A stretch of DNA of 32,000 bases from positions 420,001 to 452,000 of the forward strand of contig NZ_AP013028.1 of NCBI RefSeq assembly GCF_000829315.1, written 5' to 3'. The notes under the pieces are model-generated. The model made no database searches. It had not been told where the DNA came from and saw nothing but the letters and a program-made list of their open reading frames with translations. A program made the position numbers and the translations under genes. This DNA comes from Wolbachia endosymbiont of Cimex lectularius. Its GTDB lineage: Bacteria > Pseudomonadota > Alphaproteobacteria > Rickettsiales > Anaplasmataceae. Below are positions 8,423 through 17,562 of this stretch, in pieces (the stretch's first letter is position 1; each line of letters begins with the position of its first letter).

Positions 8423-9811
8423 ATGCCCATAGAAATATTAATGCCTGCTCTTTCCCCGACAATGAGCAAAACTGGGGGAAAAATCGTAAAGTGGTGTAAA
8501 AAAGAGCAAGATAGAGTTGAAGCAGGTGATGTAATTGCTGAAATAGAGACTGACAAAGCCATAATGGAGTTTGAGTCTGTGGATGAAGGGGTTTTAGCAA
8601 AAATTCTAGTATCGGAGGGAGCAAGTGGTGTGCCTGTAAATCAACCAATAGCTCTAATGCTGGAAGAAGGAGAAGATAATAGTGCACTTGATAACTATGT
8701 TCTAGCTTCTACTACCAATGTTGAAGCTAAGAAAGAAGTTGAAGCACACTCTTCAACGTCATCCAATTCTTCAGTGCCAGATGACTCTTCAATGTCATCT
8801 AACTTCTCAGCGTCATCCAACCCTTTAGTGTCACCTAACACTTCAATGCCATCCAACCCTTCAGTGTCATCCAACCCTTCAGTGTCATCCAACCCCTCAA
8901 TGTCATCCCAGTGCTTGACACTGGGATCCAGAAAAGAAGAAGATACCAAAACAACAGAAAGTAGAATAAAAATAAGCCCATTAGCTAAGAAAATAGCTCA
9001 AAATGAAAATGTGGATATAAAACGACTAAAAGGTACCGGGCCATATAGCCGTATCATTAAAGCTGACGTATTGGAGTTTTTAGACGGTGGTGTACAAATT
9101 GAAAATCGTGAAAGATCGAGCGAAGACGTTATAATCGAAGCAAGCAACATGCGCCAGGTGATAGCACAACGCCTGATTGAGTCTAAACAGAATATACCGC
9201 ACTTTGATTTAACTGTAGACTGCCGGGTTGATAAGCTAATATCGCTCAAAAACGAGATTAATTCAGCAGATGAAAACAATAAAGTAACAATTAATGATCT
9301 AATTATAAAAGCTGTGGCTTTCAACATGAAGAAATTTCCTGATGTAAATTCTTCCTGGATAGATGATAAAATACTGAAATATGCAAACATAGATATTTCA
9401 ATCGCTGTAGCACTTGAAGATGGACTAATCACCCCCATAGTAAAAAATGCTGATAAAAAAAGTATTTTATCTATATCAAAGGAAGTGAAGGATCTAGTAA
9501 GCAGAGCAAGGTCTGGAAAATTAAGACCTGAAGAATTTCAAGGAGGAGGGTTTACTGTCTCCAACTTAGGCATGTTTGGTATAAAAACTTTCAGCGCTAT
9601 AATTAACCCGCCGCAGTCCTGCATTATGGCTGTTGGTACATCCAAGAAACAGCCTATTGTTATCAATGAAAAAATAGAGATAGCAGAAATAATGATGGTA
9701 ACACTTTCTGTTGACCATAGAACAGTTGATGGAGCACTAGGGGCAAAATTTTTAAACGCCTTTAAGCATTATATAGAGAATCCTCTAGCGATGCTTCTTG
9801 AGTCTGCGTAG
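8423..9811 (+). CDS. pdhC: Pyruvate dehydrogenase complex E2, dihydrolipoamide acetyltransferase
   Basis: Lipoyl domain (ETDKAIMEFESVDEG), E3-binding domain (ISPLAKKIAQNENVDIKRLKGTGPYSRIIKADV), catalytic core ending TLSVDHRTVDGALGAKFL. Confidence 0.95.
   Translation: MPIEILMPALSPTMSKTGGKIVKWCKKEQDRVEAGDVIAEIETDKAIMEFESVDEGVLAKILVSEGASGVPVNQPIALMLEEGEDNSALDNYVLASTTNVEAKKEVEAHSSTSSNSSVPDDSSMSSNFSASSNPLVSPNTSMPSNPSVSSNPSVSSNPSMSSQCLTLGSRKEEDTKTTESRIKISPLAKKIAQNENVDIKRLKGTGPYSRIIKADVLEFLDGGVQIENRERSSEDVIIEASNMRQVIAQRLIESKQNIPHFDLTVDCRVDKLISLKNEINSADENNKVTINDLIIKAVAFNMKKFPDVNSSWIDDKILKYANIDISIAVALEDGLITPIVKNADKKSILSISKEVKDLVSRARSGKLRPEEFQGGGFTVSNLGMFGIKTFSAIINPPQSCIMAVGTSKKQPIVINEKIEIAEIMMVTLSVDHRTVDGALGAKFLNAFKHYIENPLAMLLESA
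8755..8931 (+). repeat. Tandem ~18-bp repeats (gtcatccaacccttcagt) ending in the palindromic repeat 8902-8931
   Basis: Repeated tcatccaaccc(t/c)tcagtg units, then gtcatcccagtgcttgacactgggatccag; encodes SSNPSV… and QCLTLGS in the E2 linker. Confidence 0.85.
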
Positions 9812-9961
9812 ACATTGAACTTTTTGCAAAGCCATATCAGGTTATGCAAGAAGTCTGATGCAAACCAAGGTTAATTTATGGAGGAATTTACTAATTAAAC
9901 TAAAAATTAACATCCGAGTGTTACATTGTTATTATGTTTAATTGAAATTGAGGTAAACGTT

Positions 9962-10248
9962 ATGGAACTGAAGAAATCTAATAACATTTTTAATATAGAG
10001 AAAACAGATAAAGACTTTTTAGAACAAATTAACGAGTATAAGAAACAAGCTATTGATATTCAAAAGCACAATAACACAATCATAGAGACCATTAATGGTC
10101 AACAACGTACCTTAGGTAATGTACCGAAAAGACGTCCAACAGCAATTGAAACTTTCATTGAAAAGCACATTGCTGATATTAAAAAATGTGATGACGAGAT
10201 TGCAAATGTCCTTACTAGTCAGCGGTCACGAGGTTACAGTAGTGTAAG
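9962..10248 (+). pseudogene. Hypothetical protein gene truncated by an IS remnant (MELKKSNNIFNIEKTDKDFLEQINEYKKQAI…)
   Basis: Non-IS reading frame abruptly fuses to IS sequence at ~10249; track ORF 9926..10348 is chimeric. Confidence 0.6.
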
Positions 10249-10890
10249 AGGATGTTACCAAAGGGTTTTCCAAGATGGGAAAGCGTATATTACTATTTTC
10301 GAGTGTGGAGTAAAAAGAATGGAGAAGAGCCAAGCTTGTTGGAATTAGTCTTAAAAAAAATTAGTTGGAGAGGTCCGTATCAGCAATGGTCGGAAAGAGA
10401 AAACTAGCTTTTGTATAATTGATTCTCAAAGCGTTAAAAACGCAGATACTGCTGAAAAAAAAGGCTATGATGCAGGTAAAAAGATTTCAGGGATAAAGCG
10501 CCATATTGCAGTTGATACACAAGGTTTGCCACATGCAATTTATGTAACAACGGCAGAAGCAACTGACCGTAGCAGTGCTGTGAAAATGGTCGAAAATGCT
10601 AAAGCAAACCTCTCTGAAGTTAAAAACATACTGGTTGATGCTGGCTACACAGGAGAAAATTTTGCAACACAAATAAAAGCTATCATTGGTGCGACTGTTG
10701 AAGTAATAAAGCGAAGTGAGTTACACACTTTCGTCGTATTGCCAAAAAGATGGGTTGTTGAACGCTCTTTTGCCTGGTTAGAAAAGTGCAGGCGATTGTG
10801 GAAAAATTGCGAGCGGAAGCTCAACACTAGCTTACAGATGATAGTCCTCTCCTTCATTTCTCTCCTGTTACGAAGATTTTAAACAGGTTC
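10249..10890 (+). mobile_element. 5'-truncated copy of the 861-bp IS5-family element (copy 1)
   Basis: Matches copies 2-5 from aggatgttaccaaaggg to the right terminus ttttaaacaggttc; left ~219 bp absent. Confidence 0.9.
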
Positions 10891-10948
10891 TCACGCTTTG
10901 GTTGTTGGAAGTGGTTATATCGTTTAAGTTTTTGGCAAAACTAAACTA

Positions 10949-10999
10949 ATATCATTCCGTTTGGGGATAACATAGTTTATACCCCAAATGGAATGATAT
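10949..10999. repeat. Inverted repeat / potential hairpin: atatcattccgtttgggg … ccccaaatggaatgatat
   Basis: 18-nt arms at 10949-10966 and 10982-10999 with one mismatch and a 15-nt loop. Confidence 0.7.
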
Positions 11000-11116
11000 C
11001 CTTTTTATTGGTATCATCCTTTTTGTAAAAAACATTTCCAACTTTCTCTCCCGCTTTTTCTGGATAAGGTCCACAACTGCATGAAAATTGTGATTTGAGC
11101 CTACCAGGAGGGTGTC

Positions 11117-11307
11117 ATGAAAGTAGCTCTTCGTTGTCATCCAAGTAGCCCCTTCTCCTGCCATCCCAGCTCCTCCTTTTCTTGTCATTCCAGTGTCTCC
11201 TTCTCCTGTCATCCTAGCTTCCTTTTCTTGTCATTCCAGCGCTCCCTTTCTTGTCATCCCAGTTCTTCCGTTTTTGTCATCCCAGTGCTCGACACTGGGA
11301 TCCAGCT
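11117..11307. repeat. Imperfect tandem array of ~20-24-bp units (cttttcttgtcatcccag…) ending in the palindromic repeat gtcatcccagtgctcgacactgggatccag
   Basis: At least six units of (c/t)ctcctttt(c)ttgtcat(c/t)ccag visible by eye. Confidence 0.85.
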
Positions 11308-11370
11308 TTCCATAAAAATGGTACATTTTAACATAACTTTTATGTTCACCTACTTGATAAAATTCCTAGA

Positions 11371-11400
11371 TTCCAGCGTCACGCGCTGGAATGACACCAC
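11371..11400. repeat. Palindromic repeat variant (gattccagcgtcacgcgctggaatgacacc)
   Basis: ttccagcg…cgctggaa inverted repeat followed by tgac, as in related elements. Confidence 0.6.
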
Positions 11401-11438
11401 TTGTTGTAAAAACAAATGTTCGTTCATAGATTGCAGCT

Positions 11439-11780
11439 AGCTATAAATATTTAAGAAATTTACCAGATGAGAAAAAAAGGCAAAGAAATCCCGAGTGGCG
11501 AGTTTTGACTCTATAATACTTTAAATTGGCGCTATAATAATTTGCTGACGCTTAGTTCAAGCGCGATTTGGCTGAATGTAGAAAAAATGAAAAAGACATG
11601 CAGCCGCTATAATTTGATACAATCCGCCAAAAAATACCCTGAGTTTTTTACTGAATTTTGTCATTGAGGCTGCAGATCAAAAACAAGTTTTAAGTCAGAA
11701 ATACTCTCATCGTTATGATAATGGGTTTGGTGAAGTTTGTCAAGTAGTTTTTTTTGTTTCTGGCGATTGCTATATACCCA
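11439..11780. repeat. Dispersed intergenic repeat, relative of the blocks at 19361-19820
   Basis: Shares 'aaatatttaagaaatttacca(g/a)…gaagaaaa…', 'aaaaagacatgcag', and 'gtttgtcaagtagtttttttgtttct' with 19361-19800 in the same order. Confidence 0.65.
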
Positions 11781-11902
11781 GCACGCTGCTAAAAATTGGT
11801 TTGATGTGGTTATGCAAAAAGTCTAACGACAACTTAGCAAAGGAAAAGCTTTGTGTTAAGGGAGTATTTTAAGTATAATGTGGATAGTATTACAACACTT
11901 AA

Positions 11903-13081
11903 ATGAATCACATTGTCAATGCATACAATAGATTTGAAACTCCTATAGTTAGGGGAGAAGGGGTATATCTTTTTGATAAAGATGGTAAAAAATATCTAGA
12001 CTTTGCTGCGGGTATTTCTACAACCTCTTTAGGACATTGTCATCCATATATTGCAGATAAGCTGAAGGAGCAATCAGATTTATTATGGCACTGCTCCAAT
12101 ATTTTTACTATTCCCGAACAAGAAAGGCTTGCTGAGCGTTTAACAGCACTTACTTTCGCGGATAAAGTTTTTTTCTGTTCAAGCGGACTTGAAGCAACAG
12201 AAGCTGCAATTAAATTTATTCGCCGTTATTTTTATTCAAAAGGGCAAGAAAAGCGCAATCGCATTATTACAATCGAGAGGGGGTTTCATGGCCGCAGTAT
12301 TGCTGCGATTTCCGCTGGAGGAAATGAAAAATTACGCGAAGGTTTTGCTCCACTCCTTTCTGGTTTTGATAAAGTGCCAAGAAATAACATTAAAGCGCTA
12401 GAGGAGAAAATCAGCGGTGAAACTGCTGCTGTGTTTTTAGAGCCCATACAAAGCGAGGGTGGAGTGTATACACTGGATATAGAATACCTTCACAAAGTAA
12501 GAGAAATAACAAAATCTCAGAAAATGATCCTATGCTTTGATGAGGTGCAGTGCGGGTATGGGCGTATTGGTTCTTTATTTCATTATCAAAATATAGGAAT
12601 CGAACCTGACATTTTAACTTGCGCGAAGGCTATGGGTAACGGGTTTCCCTTAGCTGCATGTTTAGTAAGAAATTATATAGCAGAAGCGATTACTCCAGGA
12701 ACTCACGGATCAACCTATGGCGGTAATCCGCTTGCCGTGACTGTTGGTAACGCAGTGCTCGATATAGTGCTGAAAGAAGGCTTTTTCGACCATATTAGAA
12801 GGGTTAGTAAATATCTAAAAGAAAAATTACTACTGTTAGCTGAAGAATTTCCAAGGATAATCTCAGAAATTCGTGGGGAGGGTTTGTTAATAGGAGTAGA
12901 GCTTAAAGCTCCTTTGGCTGACAAAATTGTTAGCCGATCCCTTGACAAAGGTTTAATAATGACTAAAGTTTTAGATAATAGAGTAGTGAGAATAACACCT
13001 CCACTTATTGTTCAGGATAAACATGTGGATGCAGCGTGTAATACACTCTATAATTTGTTTTTTAAGATTAAAGATATATAA
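11903..13081 (+). CDS. argD: Class III aminotransferase, acetylornithine aminotransferase-like
   Basis: 392 aa; YLDFAAGISTTSLGHCHP, FCSSGLEATEAAIKFIRRY, LCFDEVQCGYGRIGSLFHYQ, PLAVTVGNAVLD. Confidence 0.85.
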   Translation: MNHIVNAYNRFETPIVRGEGVYLFDKDGKKYLDFAAGISTTSLGHCHPYIADKLKEQSDLLWHCSNIFTIPEQERLAERLTALTFADKVFFCSSGLEATEAAIKFIRRYFYSKGQEKRNRIITIERGFHGRSIAAISAGGNEKLREGFAPLLSGFDKVPRNNIKALEEKISGETAAVFLEPIQSEGGVYTLDIEYLHKVREITKSQKMILCFDEVQCGYGRIGSLFHYQNIGIEPDILTCAKAMGNGFPLAACLVRNYIAEAITPGTHGSTYGGNPLAVTVGNAVLDIVLKEGFFDHIRRVSKYLKEKLLLLAEEFPRIISEIRGEGLLIGVELKAPLADKIVSRSLDKGLIMTKVLDNRVVRITPPLIVQDKHVDAACNTLYNLFFKIKDI

Positions 13082-13188
13082 ATATTTTAGAAATATAAAG
13101 TCCAGCTATACAAAATTTCAAACTTGCGAATGCTTCTTATAACATGTAAGATTAACTCTGTTTTTTGTCACAATAACATCATACTTTA

Positions 13189-14475
13189 ATGGATTGGTTA
13201 TTGGTTTCAATATTATCGGTAATTTTTGTTTTATTGATTTTATCGTTTTTATTTTCAGGGGCAGAAATAGGTCTAACCTCGATCAGCCGATCTCGCGTTA
13301 ATAAGCTAAAGCTAGAGGGTAACAAAAGGGCCAAGATAATAGATCGCCTGTTAAGTAAAAAAGAATTAACAATAGGAACGATGCTGCTCGGCAATACGAT
13401 TATTAACATTACTTGTTCCGCTTTATTTACAGCGATATTGATAAATTTCTTTGGAAGTGAAGGCGTATTTTTATCAACGATTATAATGACATTTTGTATT
13501 TTGCTATTTTGCGAGGTGTTACCAAAAACTTACGCCATGCAAAATCCCGAAAAATTTACATTATTTTCCACTTATTTTGTACTGTTTTTTGTCAGGATTT
13601 TTTCTCCATTGACATTAGGCATTCAGTTCATTGTCAATCTTATTTTGAAGTTATGTGGGCTTCATAAGAATAGGGAAGTAATATCTGCAGCGGATGCAAT
13701 GCGTAATATGATTACTCTTCATCGCAGTGAAGGAACCATGTTACAACAGGATTTAGATATGCTAAGCAGCATACTTGATTTAGCTGAGACAGAGATATCG
13801 GAAATTATGACCCACAGGAGAAACTTATTTTCTCTTGATATAGATCGAAATAAAGAAGAATTGATAAGAGAAATTTTAATCAGCAGTCACAGTAGGGTGC
13901 CCTTATGGCAAAAAGAACCAGATAACATTGTCGGAGTAGTTCACGTAAAGAATCTAATAAACGCTTTGCGTGAAAAGGATAATAAAATAGAGGAGGTTGA
14001 TATTGCCAAAATTATGTCAAAACCTTGTTTCTTACCAGAAAGTACACCACTTAGCGTTCAACTACACAATTTCCGTCAAAACAGAAAACATCTTGCGTTT
14101 GTTGTTGATGAGTATGGAGCACTGCAGGGAATTGTAACTCTTGAAGATATATTGGAAGAAATAGTTGGAGAAATTTCCGATGAGCATGATTTAATCACGG
14201 AGAATTTTATAAAGAAAATATCTGACAATGTATATCATATCGAAGGAAAATCAACTATTAGGGACATTAACAGACAATTACACTGGAATCTTCCTGATGA
14301 AGAAGCTACGACTCTAGCAGGTATGATTGTAAATGAGATAGAGCGCATTCCTGACGAAGGCGAAGAATTTTTCATATATGGTTTTCATTTCAAGATTTTG
14401 AAAAAAGATAAAAATATTATTACTGTTATTGAAGTACAAGTAAAAACTGATCATACTATGACAGCGATTAATTAG
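13189..14475 (+). CDS. HlyC/CorC (CNNM/DUF21 + CBS + transporter-associated domain) family protein
   Basis: 428 aa; N-terminal DUF21-like TM region (SGAEIGLTSISRSRVNKL…GNTIINI), CBS region (VVDEYGALQGIVTLEDILEEIVGEI), C-terminal CorC_HlyC domain. Confidence 0.9.
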   Translation: MDWLLVSILSVIFVLLILSFLFSGAEIGLTSISRSRVNKLKLEGNKRAKIIDRLLSKKELTIGTMLLGNTIINITCSALFTAILINFFGSEGVFLSTIIMTFCILLFCEVLPKTYAMQNPEKFTLFSTYFVLFFVRIFSPLTLGIQFIVNLILKLCGLHKNREVISAADAMRNMITLHRSEGTMLQQDLDMLSSILDLAETEISEIMTHRRNLFSLDIDRNKEELIREILISSHSRVPLWQKEPDNIVGVVHVKNLINALREKDNKIEEVDIAKIMSKPCFLPESTPLSVQLHNFRQNRKHLAFVVDEYGALQGIVTLEDILEEIVGEISDEHDLITENFIKKISDNVYHIEGKSTIRDINRQLHWNLPDEEATTLAGMIVNEIERIPDEGEEFFIYGFHFKILKKDKNIITVIEVQVKTDHTMTAIN

Positions 14476-14484
14476 TTAGGTTTT

Positions 14485-14751
14485 ATAGAAGACACAGTAA
14501 AAATAACAGCCGATGAGTTAAAAGGTTATATAGAAAGAATCGAAAAACTCGAGCAAGAAAAGAAGGATGTGCAAGATCACATTCGTGATGTATATGCAAA
14601 AGCTGCAGATAAAGGTTGGGATACAAAGGTGATGAAACAGATTGTCAGGCTAAGAAAGATGAATGATGATGACAGAGAAGAACAAGAAATTTTGCTTGAT
14701 ACTTATAAACGCGCATTGGGAATAAGTTGCGAAGAAGAGTCAAGTGAATAG
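14485..14751 (+). CDS. GapR/DUF2312-family protein, probable start ATA at 14485 (ORF track starts at internal GTG 14569)
   Basis: In-frame extension (M)EDTVKITADELKGYIERIEKLEQEKKDV joins QDHIRDVYAKAADKGWDTKVMKQIVRLRKM, the usual DUF2312 layout. Confidence 0.75.
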   Translation: MEDTVKITADELKGYIERIEKLEQEKKDVQDHIRDVYAKAADKGWDTKVMKQIVRLRKMNDDDREEQEILLDTYKRALGISCEEESSE

Positions 14752-15307
14752 CAGAATTGTAATTGGGATAAGTGGAGCATCTGGTTCTATTTATGGTGTG
14801 CGTATTTTGGAAGTGTTAAAAGATGCTGACTACGAAACTCATTTAGTAATAAGTCGCGCTGGAAAAACCACCCTGGCCCATGAAGTTGCAGAAAGACTTG
14901 AAGACATCACATCACTTGCAGATTTTTACTATTCTGAAGAAAAAATAGGAGAAAAAATAGCGAGCGGTTCGTTTGAAACTTTAGGGATGATTATCGCTCC
15001 ATGCTCTATGAAAACAATGTCTGAAATTGCGTCAGGTGTCACTTCCAACCTGTTAACGAGAGCTGCAGATGTAACGCTAAAAGAAAGAAGGAAATTAGTT
15101 CTTATGGTGCGAGAGTCGCCACTGCATCTTGGTCATTTACGAAATATGTTAAAATTAACGGAGATGGGGGCAATTATTGCTCCGCCAATGCCAGCTTTTT
15201 ATATTAAACCGAAATCTTTGGAGGACATTATAAATCATTCTATTGGCAAAGTATTAAGTTTATTTGGTATCAAATTACCTGGCTTCAAAGAATGGCAAGG
15301 AGTATAG
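14744..15307 (+). CDS. ubiX: Flavin prenyltransferase UbiX
   Basis: 187 aa; IVIGISGASGSIYGVRILEVL, APCSMKTMSEIASGVTSNLLTRAADVTLKERRKLVLMVRESPLHLGHLRNM. Confidence 0.93.
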   Translation: MNSRIVIGISGASGSIYGVRILEVLKDADYETHLVISRAGKTTLAHEVAERLEDITSLADFYYSEEKIGEKIASGSFETLGMIIAPCSMKTMSEIASGVTSNLLTRAADVTLKERRKLVLMVRESPLHLGHLRNMLKLTEMGAIIAPPMPAFYIKPKSLEDIINHSIGKVLSLFGIKLPGFKEWQGV

Positions 15308-15310
15308 CAA

Positions 15311-16207
15311 GTGGCAATTATCATTGATGGCAAGAAAATAGCAAGTGACCTGTGCAAGAAGTTATCACAAAAAATCGATGCTTTAAAGAAGAAGCACAAC
15401 ATTTTTCCTTGTCTTAAAGTAATTCTTGTGGGTAGCAATCCAGCAAGTCAAGTCTATGTCCGTAATAAACAAAAAAAAGCAGAATCAATAGGCATAAGTT
15501 CTGAGACTATTGTTTTGCCTGATAATATTTCAGAAGGTGAATTAATTGCAAAAATTAATGGGTTAAATGCAGATCCGTCTGTGCATGGCATTTTAGTACA
15601 ATTGCCTTTACCAAGCCATATTAAAGCGAGCAGAGTAATTAACACAGTAAGCGTTGAAAAAGATGTAGATGGCTTCCATGATGAAAACGTTGGCCGATTA
15701 GTTAAAGGTGAAAAAAATTGTCTTATACCTTGCACTCCTAAAGGTTCTTTGCATTTAATTAAATCGGTTGAAAGTAATCTTTCAGGTAAAAACGCAGTTG
15801 TGATCGGCAGATCAAACATCGTGGGTAAACCGATGTTTCACCTGTTGTTGCAAGAAAACTGCACTGTTACCATTTTGCATTCACAAAGTAGGGATTTAGC
15901 TGAATATTGCTCCAAAGCGGATATAGTAGTTGCAGCGGTTGGAAAGCCAAATTTTGTCCAAAAAGACTGGATAAAGAAAGGGGCAATAGTGATTGACGTT
16001 GGCATAAATAGTATGAATGTAGGAGGGCAAACAAAGCTTGTAGGTGATGTTGACTTCGATGGAGTAAAAGAAAAAGTCAAAGCTATTACGCCAGTGCCTG
16101 GGGGCGTTGGTCTAATGACCATTGCATTCTTGATGATAAATACTGTTATTGCTGCTTGCTTGCAGAAGAAAGTTGATGTTTCTGATTTCATGGACCAAGG
16201 TCTATAG
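15311..16207 (+). CDS. folD: Bifunctional methylenetetrahydrofolate dehydrogenase/cyclohydrolase FolD
   Basis: 298 aa; [62 protein letters not shown]. Confidence 0.96.
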   Translation: MAIIIDGKKIASDLCKKLSQKIDALKKKHNIFPCLKVILVGSNPASQVYVRNKQKKAESIGISSETIVLPDNISEGELIAKINGLNADPSVHGILVQLPLPSHIKASRVINTVSVEKDVDGFHDENVGRLVKGEKNCLIPCTPKGSLHLIKSVESNLSGKNAVVIGRSNIVGKPMFHLLLQENCTVTILHSQSRDLAEYCSKADIVVAAVGKPNFVQKDWIKKGAIVIDVGINSMNVGGQTKLVGDVDFDGVKEKVKAITPVPGGVGLMTIAFLMINTVIAACLQKKVDVSDFMDQGL

Positions 16208-16222
16208 TTGTAGTGAGGTAGG

Positions 16223-17056
16223 ATGAAAGGTACGAAAATGGCAGGGCTGAAAGGATGGCTAACAACAATTTTTCTTTTGCTATGCTCAACCACAGTTTTC
16301 TGTAGTGGTTGTAATTTTAATTTACCATACCGCGGGCTTAGTTGTAATTTAGATCTATCGTACAGAAGTTTAAGTAACATAAAAAAGTTGTTAAATAACA
16401 GTGATAAATTTGTTGCGCTCACATTTGACGATGGACCATCTAACAATAGAGTAAACGATATTATTAATGTTTTAGAAAGCTATAAAGCAAAAGCGACATT
16501 TTTTCTTCTTGGTGAACGTATAAATAAAAAAACGTCCGAGATAGTAAAGAGAATCTATAATGCAGGTCATGAGCTGGGCAATCACTCTTGGTCGCATAGA
16601 AAGTTGACATCGCTTTCAAGTGAAGAACAATTGCAAGAGCTGGAGAGGACAAGTACGGCAATTAAAAATGCAACAGAGCAAGATATAAAATGGTTTCGCC
16701 CACCATATGGATGTCACGATGATAATTTGATTGAAAACACTAATCGATTGAATATGTATTCGATATTATGGACAGTTGACTCTCTAGATTGGCAAGGTGA
16801 TAAACCAGAGATCTTAATTGAAAGAGTTATAAGCAACGTACACAATGGAGCAATCATACTGTTCCATGACCACGACAACAAATCAAATACAGTTGAAGCT
16901 TTACCTCAGATTATTGAGATACTAAAAAGATTGGGTTATGAGCCTGTTACCTTAAGTGAGTGGGAGGAAAGGGTTTGTAGTGTAGTTAAAACTGAAAGTA
17001 TATCAAGAGGAGAAGAAATGCATAATTTAGATTTACCAAAATACATTTACAACTAG
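16223..17056 (+). CDS. Exported polysaccharide deacetylase (NodB-like)
   Basis: 277 aa; signal peptide, VALTFDDGPSNNRV, GHELGNHSWSHRKLTSLS, RPPYGCHDD, ILFHDHD. Confidence 0.92.
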   Translation: MKGTKMAGLKGWLTTIFLLLCSTTVFCSGCNFNLPYRGLSCNLDLSYRSLSNIKKLLNNSDKFVALTFDDGPSNNRVNDIINVLESYKAKATFFLLGERINKKTSEIVKRIYNAGHELGNHSWSHRKLTSLSSEEQLQELERTSTAIKNATEQDIKWFRPPYGCHDDNLIENTNRLNMYSILWTVDSLDWQGDKPEILIERVISNVHNGAIILFHDHDNKSNTVEALPQIIEILKRLGYEPVTLSEWEERVCSVVKTESISRGEEMHNLDLPKYIYN

Positions 17057-17161
17057 ATCAGTATACGAATGTTGAAATATCTAACTCCAAACACAGTAGA
17101 CTTCTTTTAAAATTGAGAGAAGGAGTATAAAATAATATATTGAAAATGTGAATAAACGCGA

Positions 17162-17235
17162 ATTTGGTTGATTTAAGATTTAATTTGATGCTGCTATTCA
17201 CAATTTTGAGCTTCCTATATGAATTTTGAAAGAAG
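17162..17235 (+). mobile_element. 3' remnant of a second IS5-family (DDE_Tnp_4-type) element
   Basis: 'ttaagatttaatttgatgctgctattcacaattttgagcttcctatatgaattttgaaagaagtct' nearly matches 19129-19201. Confidence 0.5.
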
Positions 17236-17562
17236 TCTATTGAAGTGGTTATAACGCTAGTTCTGGATTAGTCTTTTGTAAGCTATTGAAAACTTGAATT
17301 TTAGAGCTATGCTTAATCAAACTTAAAAGTGACAGTTCATTGCATGTCTGTACAGCTAAGCTATTGAAATTCTTGAGTTTTGCTAAATCTATTGAGCATT
17401 TAAAATGTCTACTGCTTAAACTTAGGTAGCTCTTTTACCTTAGATATTTGAATTTATAAACTATGATATCTTGTACTTTTTAATTTCTAATTAATACTAA
17501 ACATTTATAAAAGTATTGTTTCTCGTAACTAAAATACCTATACTCCCTAATTTTAGACAAGA

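Noticed and set aside
8755-8931. CRISPR-like array in pdhC and at 11.1 kb or 19.27 kb
   Set aside because: Units are contiguous or imperfect at 18-24 bp with no unique spacers of regular length, and no cas genes nearby.
8695-9438. Minus ORFs 8695..8949 and 8998..9438 opposite pdhC
   Set aside because: The first is the reverse translation of the tandem repeat (DDTEGLDG…); the second is a shadow of the catalytic domain.
10952-11440. Track ORFs 10952..11212 (-) and 11117..11440 (+) as genes
   Set aside because: Both are translations of the tandem repeat array (GxGxTGMT / SCHPSSSF…) with no independent coding signal.
11400-11900. tRNA or small RNA gene in the 11.4-11.9 kb gap
   Set aside because: No cloverleaf or TPsiC-like motif recognised; the sequence matches the dispersed repeat instead.
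15235-16446. Minus-strand ORFs 15235..15438, 15454..15819 and 15838..16446 opposite folD
   Set aside because: They are shadow ORFs of well-supported folD and deacetylase genes; 15838..16446 spans two genes antisense.
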